A stretch of DNA of 23,398 bases from an uncultured bacterium (GTDB taxonomy: Bacteria > Lernaellota > Lernaellaia > Lernaellales > Lernaellaceae): NCBI GenBank assembly GCA_964534375.1, contig CAZHPN010000084.1, positions 1 to 23,398 on the forward strand. Direction: 5' to 3'. The notes under the pieces are model-generated. The model was not told the DNA's origin. It searched no databases and was given only the letters and a program-made list of their open reading frames with translations. The position numbers and the translations under genes are program-made. Shown here piece after piece: positions 9,083 to 16,503 of the stretch (position 1 is its first letter; each line of letters begins with the position of its first letter).

Positions 9083-10938
9083 AATACGCGATCCCCGCTG
9101 TTTTGTTCGCGGCGCTTACGGCGTTCCTGGTCTTTCGCGCGGCCAGCGACGCCGCCGACGGCCGGCGCCTGGCCGACGACGCGGAATTCCGGGTGGCGCT
9201 CGCCTACAACCCAAGCCTGCTCAAGGACCACAGCGGCATCCTCGAGGCTTACAAAAGCGTATTGGAAGAAGAAGGCGTGCCGTATCAATTGCTGGACACG
9301 AACGATTTCTACAAGATCGACCCGACGCGATACGCACGTCACAAGCCGGTGATCATTTTCGCGGACGGAATCAACCAGGTGATTCCGATGGACATCCGGA
9401 CGTGGGTCTATCCGTACATCCAAAACGGCGGCAACGTGGCGGCAATTTACGACGCCGGCGTTAAGGATCGGCATGGCAATTATCGGCCGCGGGGCCAATT
9501 CGCCGAACTGCTCGGGTTGGATTACAGCACCTACGACCGCCTGCGCGACCGCGCGTACACGACGGGCAATGTGCAGTTTCACGACAACGACGCGCTGGAC
9601 TATTTCGAAATTCCGCCAGGCTGCACAGATGCGGAGCGCTATCTGACGTCGTATATGTACGGGCGGCTCGAATTCCCCATCGCGCGCACCGCCTGGATCG
9701 ACGAGGCGGCCGCGGCCAATTTGCGGGCCGACGTGGTGGCGTCGTCGGAGGACGAGCATTTTCCGGCGGTCGTGATTCATCGCTACGGGGCCAGCCGTGT
9801 GCTCTATGTGAATCTGCCCCTGGGCTATATCAAAGGCCAATCCTACGACATGCCCCTGCGCTCGGTTCTACGGTCCTTCCTTTTTCGCGAGCTGCGGCTG
9901 CCGCATCTGAGCAACACGCCGTTCGGCAAACCGATTTTTATCTTCAATTGGCATATCGACAGCGGCGTGGAGCGGGACGCCATTCCGCAAATGATCGCCA
10001 AGAGGTTTTTCCGCCCCCAACTCGCGTGCTCGTTTGACATCTGCGCCGGCGATTGGCTGGAGGACCCCGGCGACGCCGCCGGCTTCGACGCCTGCGGCGG
10101 CGGTCGCGAGACCGCCGCGAGCTTGGAGCGATTCGGCACGGTCGGCTCGCACGGGGGGTGGGCGCACAACTGGTTTGCCGACGGCGTCGACACCGGCACG
10201 CTGACCTCCGACGAGCTGTTTGCCGCGATCGAAAAGAATTCGGCGTGCCTGGCCGAGGTGGTCGGCCATCCGATCCTCGAATATGCCGCCCCCGGCGGCG
10301 CGTTCCCGCAGCCGGCCTCGGGCCGGTATCTGGAGGAGAAGGGATACGTCGCGTATTACAACACGGGCGATGCGGGTTGCGCGCCGAATCGCACTTTCTG
10401 GGAGGGGCGCATGGTCAGCCCGCATGCGATCGCTTTCCCAATCATGCCGATGTGGCAGGCGGCCTCATTTGTCGAGATCGCGACGCAATACGAATACGAT
10501 CCGGAAGACTTTCGCCAGTGGCTGACAGGGGTTTTGGATTACACCGTCCGTCACGGCGTGGCGCGCATGCTGTATTCGCATCCGTATGACGTGATCTACT
10601 ATTTCTCCGACCTATACCGCAACGCGTTTGAATCTTTCCTCGATCGATTGGAGGAAGCCCAAGCGCAGGAGCGGGTCGCGATCAAGACCATGACCGACTA
10701 CGCGACTTTCTATTTGCGGTTTCTGGAGACCAAGGCGAAATACAAACTCGACGGCCGCACCCTCGCCGTCGAACTGCATAATGACCAATCGCTCTTGGGC
10801 GTGACGCTGTCGCTGCCCAAGGAGCGGTACACCGTGACCGCCGAGCGCGACCTGATCGTTACGGAGACCCCAAACGACTACTTGGTGGCGATAGCCGATG
10901 ACGCCCGAGACCGCACGATTCGCGCAACTCTGCGCTAG
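9079..10938 (+). CDS. Exported polysaccharide deacetylase-like protein (CE4/NodB-like domain plus N-terminal alpha/beta domain), 619 aa
   Basis: ATGA overlap with the upstream stop at 9079-9082. N-terminal hydrophobic signal or anchor. CE4-like motifs WHIDS, GSHGGWAH, YAAPGG and YSHPYD. Confidence 0.78.
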   Translation: MKYAIPAVLFAALTAFLVFRAASDAADGRRLADDAEFRVALAYNPSLLKDHSGILEAYKSVLEEEGVPYQLLDTNDFYKIDPTRYARHKPVIIFADGINQVIPMDIRTWVYPYIQNGGNVAAIYDAGVKDRHGNYRPRGQFAELLGLDYSTYDRLRDRAYTTGNVQFHDNDALDYFEIPPGCTDAERYLTSYMYGRLEFPIARTAWIDEAAAANLRADVVASSEDEHFPAVVIHRYGASRVLYVNLPLGYIKGQSYDMPLRSVLRSFLFRELRLPHLSNTPFGKPIFIFNWHIDSGVERDAIPQMIAKRFFRPQLACSFDICAGDWLEDPGDAAGFDACGGGRETAASLERFGTVGSHGGWAHNWFADGVDTGTLTSDELFAAIEKNSACLAEVVGHPILEYAAPGGAFPQPASGRYLEEKGYVAYYNTGDAGCAPNRTFWEGRMVSPHAIAFPIMPMWQAASFVEIATQYEYDPEDFRQWLTGVLDYTVRHGVARMLYSHPYDVIYYFSDLYRNAFESFLDRLEEAQAQERVAIKTMTDYATFYLRFLETKAKYKLDGRTLAVELHNDQSLLGVTLSLPKERYTVTAERDLIVTETPNDYLVAIADDARDRTIRATLR

Positions 10939-12829
10939 GTTGGCGCTGCTGGCAATCGCCGCCGGCTGCGCGGCCGTCGGCCGCCCGCCGGCATCCGCGC
11001 CGCCCGCCGCGCTCGACCCGCCGCCCCTGGCGGCGCGGCCCGCCGCGGCGCCGCCGGCCGTCGCCGCCGTCCCACCGGCCAGCGCGGCGCATCCGGCCGC
11101 GCGCCTCGGAATGCACTATCTCGAAATGGCCCCGTGTTTTTTCCTTTCGCCGTACTTCTTCCACCATCTGGCGATCGACGCCCTGCGCACCGGCCGCTAC
11201 GCGTCCGAGGCGCGGGAATATCTGCTGTGGGCCATGAGCCGCCTCAACGAACCCGACCGGTTCGACGTCCACGGCTCGCTTTACGATTACGTCGTGTGCG
11301 CCGACGGCGCAGAAATCTCCACGCTCCAATATGACTCCGTCGACGGCTACGCGGCGCAATTGTTGATGTTGTGGGCCGAATATCTGCGGCAGACCAACGA
11401 TCGGGCGACCGTGGCGCTCTATGCCGCGAAGATTCGCCAGGTCGCTCTGCTGCTGGTCGACTTGCAGGATGTCGACGGCTCGATCTTCGCGACGACCTGG
11501 AGCCCGGCCAAATACCTGATGGACAACGCCGAGGCCTACGGCGGCTTGCGCGCCTTCCTCGAAATTGGACGGCGTTTGCGCTGGAGGGAACTCGGCGATT
11601 ATGCCGACGCGGCGGAGAACCTGCGCGCGGCGATTCTCGAACATTTCTATGAGCCGCAGACGGGGCTCTTTCACTGGGCGATCGCAAAGGACAAAAAAAG
11701 CCCGTCGCGCTGGGAAAACTATTACCCGGACGCCCTGGCCCAGATTTTCCCGGTGGTCTACGGCGTCGTCGAGCCGCGCAGCGATGTGGCGCGAAGCGTC
11801 ACCGAGCAGTTTCTCGCTCGCTACGCCGACGCGGGCAAAGATGTCGCGCAGCGGCTGGTGGTGCAGCGCCTGCGCGCGCTCATGCGCCCCGACGAACCCG
11901 TGGCCCAATTGGCGCCGCCGGCCGCGCCCGCCGCGCCGCCGGCCCTGGGCGAGCCGCCGCCGAGCGCGGCGCATCCCGCCGCCCGGTTGGGCCGTCACTA
12001 CATCGACATGGACGCGTGCTTCTTCCTGCTCGCCTATAATTTCGATTACATGGCGATCGACGCCCTGCGCACCAATCGTTATGTGGACGAGGCGAAGGCT
12101 TTCTTGCTCTGGTCGATGAGCCGGCTCAACGACAGCGACCGCTTCGGCCTAAGCGGCACCATCTACGATTACATCGTTTGCTGCGACGGCCGGGAGATTT
12201 CCACGTTGCAGTACGAGGCGGCCGACTCGACGGTCGCGCAGTTGCTGTTGTTGTGGGCGGAATACCTTCGGCGGACGGGCGACCGCGCAACCGTGGCGCA
12301 ATACGCGGGCAAGATTCGTCAGGCCGCGCGACTGTTGCTGGACCTGCAAGACGGCGACGGCCTGATTGTCGCCATGAACTGGCACGAGACCAAGTACCTG
12401 ATGGACGACGCCGAAGATTACGGCGGTTTGCAGGCCTTTCTCGAAATCGGCGCGCGGATGGGCTGGCGCGATCTCGATGATTTCCGCAAGGCGGCGGCGA
12501 CGCTGCGCCGCGCCATCATGCAGCATTTATTCGATTCCGACCGGGGCCTGTTTTATGCGGAACTCGACGGAACGCAGAAGGCGCCGTCGCATTGGGAAAC
12601 GTATTACCCCGACGCGCTCGCGCAGATTTTCCCGGTGATCTTTCAGGTCGTCGATTCGCGCAGCGAACTGGCGCGGCGCCTGACCGACGAGTTCCTCCGC
12701 CGGTACCCCAACGGATCGGCCGAGGAAATCGGGCATCAATTGCTGGTGCGGCGGCTGCGCGAGTTGATGCGGCCCGGCGAAACCGCCGCCGAGCCCGCGG
12801 CGGTCGCGCCGGGGTGGAGGAAACGATGA
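10898..12829 (+). CDS. Lipoprotein with two tandem copies of a helical, six-hairpin glycosidase-like domain
   Basis: Lipobox IAAGC and Pro/Ala linkers. Two domains of about 270 aa share GxxYDY, KYLMD(N/D)AE and YYPDALAQIFP. The fold assignment is an inference from the helical, acidic and aromatic pattern. Confidence 0.7.
   Translation: MTPETARFAQLCARLALLAIAAGCAAVGRPPASAPPAALDPPPLAARPAAAPPAVAAVPPASAAHPAARLGMHYLEMAPCFFLSPYFFHHLAIDALRTGRYASEAREYLLWAMSRLNEPDRFDVHGSLYDYVVCADGAEISTLQYDSVDGYAAQLLMLWAEYLRQTNDRATVALYAAKIRQVALLLVDLQDVDGSIFATTWSPAKYLMDNAEAYGGLRAFLEIGRRLRWRELGDYADAAENLRAAILEHFYEPQTGLFHWAIAKDKKSPSRWENYYPDALAQIFPVVYGVVEPRSDVARSVTEQFLARYADAGKDVAQRLVVQRLRALMRPDEPVAQLAPPAAPAAPPALGEPPPSAAHPAARLGRHYIDMDACFFLLAYNFDYMAIDALRTNRYVDEAKAFLLWSMSRLNDSDRFGLSGTIYDYIVCCDGREISTLQYEAADSTVAQLLLLWAEYLRRTGDRATVAQYAGKIRQAARLLLDLQDGDGLIVAMNWHETKYLMDDAEDYGGLQAFLEIGARMGWRDLDDFRKAAATLRRAIMQHLFDSDRGLFYAELDGTQKAPSHWETYYPDALAQIFPVIFQVVDSRSELARRLTDEFLRRYPNGSAEEIGHQLLVRRLRELMRPGETAAEPAAVAPGWRKR
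11081..12781 (+). repeat. Intragenic tandem duplication (units 11081-11896 and 11963-12781, offset 882 nt)
   Basis: Both units begin SAAHPAARLG.HY and end RLR.LMRP.E. They are collinear throughout at protein and DNA level. Confidence 0.95.
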
Positions 12830-13737
12830 GAAGTGGACGGCTGCGGCGGGCGGTTTTCTGGGCGGCGGCGGCGGCGTTGCTGGCGCCCTGCGCCGGCCGC
12901 GCGTTCGGCGCCGAACCGCCGGACGTCGGGGCGGCGCTGCGGTCGGTCGTGCGTTCCGACTACACCGACGATGAAATTACGCTTTTGCGCGAGCAGTTGC
13001 GCTACCGCGTGGACGCCGGTTTCAACTACGATTACCTGAACCCGCATCCTGGCTTCGGCGATTGGTGGGGCGGCGAGGCGGGGATTCGCGCCCAGGTCCA
13101 CCCGGCCGTGACCGTATTCGGCCGGCTCGGCGGCGCGCTCCGGCCGGGCGGCGCCGACCAGCCGAGGATCGATGACGTTCTCGGATCGGCCGGCGTGATC
13201 GCCGAATTGCACCGCGACATGTCCTCGACCACCACGCTGTTATGGGGCAGCAACTCGGTGTACCTGCCGACCTTCGAGGCGAACCAGGAATTCGAAATCG
13301 GCTTTCCGGTCTCCGACGACGTCGTGATCGCTTTCACGCCGGGTCTTTTCTACAGCAAGGATATTTATCGTCAGAGCGTGGTCGGGTTTCTGATCGGACC
13401 GCTTGTCCACTTTTATGCGTTTGCCGTCGGCTACTCGTTCCTTTACGGGCAGGTCGAGCCCGGCAACATGAAATCGATGACGCACACCTTTACGGGGAGT
13501 TACGACCGCGAGGGTTGGTTCGAGAGCAGCATCGCCGTCGAGTTCGGCAACGGCAACTATCTGACGACCTATGCGCCCGTAGTGGTGAAGGAGAACACGC
13601 AATTCGTCGGCGTGCAACTTTCGCACCGCCACTGGATCGGCGTTGACTGGGGCCTCTACGGCCAGCTTCGTTTCACGAAAATATACACCGAGTACGAAGC
13701 CTGGGGCGGCACGATCGGCGGGTTTTACGAGTTTTGA
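12826..13737 (+). CDS. Outer-membrane beta-barrel protein, YaiO-like (303 aa)
   Basis: ATGA overlap with the upstream gene and GGAGG RBS. Signal peptide, alternating amphipathic beta-strands rich in Gly and aromatics, and a C-terminal BAM-type signal GGFYEF. Confidence 0.75.
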   Translation: MRSGRLRRAVFWAAAAALLAPCAGRAFGAEPPDVGAALRSVVRSDYTDDEITLLREQLRYRVDAGFNYDYLNPHPGFGDWWGGEAGIRAQVHPAVTVFGRLGGALRPGGADQPRIDDVLGSAGVIAELHRDMSSTTTLLWGSNSVYLPTFEANQEFEIGFPVSDDVVIAFTPGLFYSKDIYRQSVVGFLIGPLVHFYAFAVGYSFLYGQVEPGNMKSMTHTFTGSYDREGWFESSIAVEFGNGNYLTTYAPVVVKENTQFVGVQLSHRHWIGVDWGLYGQLRFTKIYTEYEAWGGTIGGFYEF

Positions 13738-13756
13738 CCCGCGCAAGGAGCGTTCG

Positions 13757-14764
13757 ATGAATCAGGAACAGGATCCGTTTTTCGATGAACCCCCGCGAAA
13801 ACGCTTTCATCTGCGCCCGTGGATCGCGGCCGGCGTCGTCTTGGTCGTCGCCGCCGGCGTTTGGGACCAGATCGACAAGCGCGCGAATCGCGTCCAGCCG
13901 GCGGCGGCGGTGGCGGCGCACACCATTCGCGTCTGGGCCATGGGCGCCTCGGAGACCTTCGGCCAGGGCGCGGGCGTGCTGCAATCCTGGCCCATGCAGT
14001 TCGCCGCCGAACTGGGCCGCGCGCACCCGACCGTGAAGTGCGAGGCGCGCAACCTGGCCACCGCCGGCGTCAATACCTCGGAGGCGCTCCAGTTTCTCAA
14101 GGCGGCGCTGCGCAAGGTCGTCGACGGCGAGCCGAGCGCCGCGGCCGGCGACGACCAACTCGCCCGGCCGGATTACGCCATCCTGTGCTTCGGCGTCAAT
14201 AACATCTGGAACCTGCACGCGGCCACGGAGCTCGTGAACGCCGGGGACAGCGACTCGGCGGGTTTGCACAAAGCGATGCGCATGGTGCACGCCGCCAAGC
14301 CCCGCGATCTGGCGACGACGCCGCGTCAAACGTACTATTTGGCGTTCAGCGGCGAGGGCGGCTGGCGGATCTTTTTCCCGGATTTCAACGACCCGTTTCT
14401 CGTCTCGTGGGTGCGAAAAGACCTGCAAACGATCGCCCAGACCCTCAAGGAAAACCGGATCAAGCCCATTTTCCTGACCTACTACTTCGACTACTTCCCG
14501 GAGTTGAACACGCTCATCCGCAAATTGGGGCCCGAGATCGGCGTCCCGGTCATCGACGTCGAGCACGCGGTGAGTTTCCTCGTGGCGCACAATTGGGTCA
14601 TGGCGCAGACGGACACCGTGCATCTGAACAAGGACGGCTACAGTTTTGTCGCCAACGAAGTGGTTAAACAATTCGCCCCGTTGGCCGGGCTGGAAACGGT
14701 TGGCGCCGTGCACGCGCGGGCCGGCGGCGCGGGACCGATTGCCGCGGGCGAACCAACGAAGTGA
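13757..14764 (+). CDS. Membrane-anchored SGNH/GDSL hydrolase-fold protein (335 aa)
   Basis: AAGGAG RBS and ATG at 13757. N-terminal TM. Block I GASETFG, block II NLATAG, block III FGVNN, block V DTVH. Confidence 0.8.
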   Translation: MNQEQDPFFDEPPRKRFHLRPWIAAGVVLVVAAGVWDQIDKRANRVQPAAAVAAHTIRVWAMGASETFGQGAGVLQSWPMQFAAELGRAHPTVKCEARNLATAGVNTSEALQFLKAALRKVVDGEPSAAAGDDQLARPDYAILCFGVNNIWNLHAATELVNAGDSDSAGLHKAMRMVHAAKPRDLATTPRQTYYLAFSGEGGWRIFFPDFNDPFLVSWVRKDLQTIAQTLKENRIKPIFLTYYFDYFPELNTLIRKLGPEIGVPVIDVEHAVSFLVAHNWVMAQTDTVHLNKDGYSFVANEVVKQFAPLAGLETVGAVHARAGGAGPIAAGEPTK

Positions 14765-14837
14765 TCCGGGTCGCGGGCGCGCCGGCGCGAAGCGGTGATT
14801 GCCGCGGCGGCGCGCGAACGACGGAGGGCCATGATTC

Positions 14838-15434
14838 ATGTGGCGCGTATTGCTCATCCCCTGCGTAGTGGCCATGGCTGCCGTGTTGGCGGCGCCCGAG
14901 GTCTTCGCCGGCGACTACGGCGAAACCACTTGGGGCATGTCGCCGGCGAGCGTGAAAGCCGTCGTCAAGAACATGACCCTGTTGCAGGAGGGGCCGGAGT
15001 CGCTCTTGTACAGCGGCGACGTGGCGGTGGTGCCGGCCGAAATCGCTTTCCGCTTCCATAATTCGAGGCTGGAGGAAGTCGTCATCCTTTTTAAACGGAC
15101 CTATGGCAAGACGGATACCGAACTCGAAGCGGCCGCAAAAGCGGACGACTACGGCAAAGTCGTCGCGCTCATTTCGGGCCAGTATGGCAACCCGCTGAGA
15201 AGCGGCGCGAATTCACTTCGCCCCGGCTCGGAAGAATACTGTTCGCGCGGAAACGCCGAAAAAATGGCCTGCGTTTGCTTCAAGAAAATCAGTCTTTCGA
15301 GTTTGTGGGAGACCGGCGACACGCGCATCGTCGCGCAGTTGACGGGCGAAGACGAGAGGATCGTCCTTCGGATTCGTTACTCCGACAAGAACTCCGACAG
15401 CCGACACACCCCCACGGGGACCGGCGGACTCTGA
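14838..15434 (+). CDS. Exported hypothetical protein
   Basis: Signal peptide ending VFA, followed by a 'TWGMSPASVK' motif. Coding-like GC3 pattern and GGAGG upstream. Confidence 0.7.
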   Translation: MWRVLLIPCVVAMAAVLAAPEVFAGDYGETTWGMSPASVKAVVKNMTLLQEGPESLLYSGDVAVVPAEIAFRFHNSRLEEVVILFKRTYGKTDTELEAAAKADDYGKVVALISGQYGNPLRSGANSLRPGSEEYCSRGNAEKMACVCFKKISLSSLWETGDTRIVAQLTGEDERIVLRIRYSDKNSDSRHTPTGTGGL

Positions 15435-15450
15435 TTCGAGCCAGGTTTGA

Positions 15451-15469
15451 GCATTACGATATGTAATGC
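15451..15469. promoter_or_regulatory. Operator-like inverted repeat
   Basis: GCATTAC-GATAT-GTAATGC, a perfect 7-bp inverted repeat in an AT-rich intergenic patch. Confidence 0.3.
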
Positions 15470-15622
15470 CTGTTTACGTTATTTCCTGTATTCCTAGCCG
15501 AACGCCATAGTCATCCGCTTGGATAACCAGTTGATTCTTGGTGCTTTTTGCGAAATCAACGCGTTGGCGCCGCGCTTGCGATTACCCCGATTAATCGAAG
15601 AACCAGAAAGGGGGTGATCGCG

Positions 15623-15757
15623 GTGACGGACTTGGTCCTGAACCTCGGTCTTGTTTCGGCATTTCTCGCGACGGTTACGGCGACTCTGGTGGTGTTGGAG
15701 CGCCGCAGCAGAACCCGACGGAAAGACATTTTCGGCCAGACCCACGGACGCGACTGA
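15623..15757 (+). CDS. 44-aa single-TM peptide with a basic tail
   Basis: Near-perfect extended SD (AAGGGGGTGATC) before GTG 15623. Product MTDLVLNLGLVSAFLATVTATLVVLERRSRTRRKDIFGQTHGRD. Confidence 0.55.
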   Translation: MTDLVLNLGLVSAFLATVTATLVVLERRSRTRRKDIFGQTHGRD

Positions 15758-15903
15758 CAGACCGGCATCCGGCCCGCGGTTTCGTCGCGACGAATCTCGG
15801 CGGATGGTTCGCGGGCGATCCCGGGCCCCCCGTCCGTGAAGACGCCTACGGCCGGCCCGCCGTGCTCGGGCGATGCTAGTCATGGCCCTCGTCGCCGCCC
15901 GAA

Positions 15904-16333
15904 GGGCGAACGCAAGGTTCGCCCGTACGCGACAGGCACACCAGGGACGGCTCGCCGTGCCCGCCCGCTCGTTTGACGTGGGCTCGCCGGCCGTGCAGGA
16001 GCGGGGTCCCGTGCCCGCCCCGAATTGGCGCGCCGATGGCGCGGACCCCAATTGCCCCTCGCGAAAATCCGAATCATCTGGGCAATGCGTGTACTCTGTG
16101 TGACCTGTGGATGTCCGATATTTAATCTGTGGATGTCTGATATTGTTCCCCATGATTACGCGGCTTCGCCCCGCGATACGTCATTCCCGCGGCTGCGGGG
16201 ATCCAGGCAGAGCGGCAGCGGCGCGTCTCCGTGACCGCCCCCGGGATGACGCGCCGGCCGGCGCGGAGCGCCGGCCGCGCAGGGGCGGTTCGCGAACCGC
16301 CCCTGCATCCGCGCCGATGGCGCGGATGCAGGG
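15904..16333. repeat. Cluster of REP-like palindromes plus copy A of a composite repeat
   Basis: GGGCGAAC-GCAAG-GTTCGCCC (15904-15924); GTCATTCCCGCGGCTGCGGGGATCC (about 16180-16204); a perfect 28-bp palindrome at 16279-16306; a 15-bp inverted repeat at 16301-16333. Confidence 0.75.
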
Positions 16334-16503
16334 CTGTCGAAGACGGCTGTTCTTGTCATCCCAATCCCGCGCCGATCGAAGCGCTTTCTTGACGGCGAGG
16401 TACGGGGCGCGTATCTATGAACCCAACGGCCGCCGTTGCGAGACTTGCTAAGCTCGCGGCAGGCTCACGAATGAAACCGTTCACCTTCCGACCGGAGAAC
16501 CCG

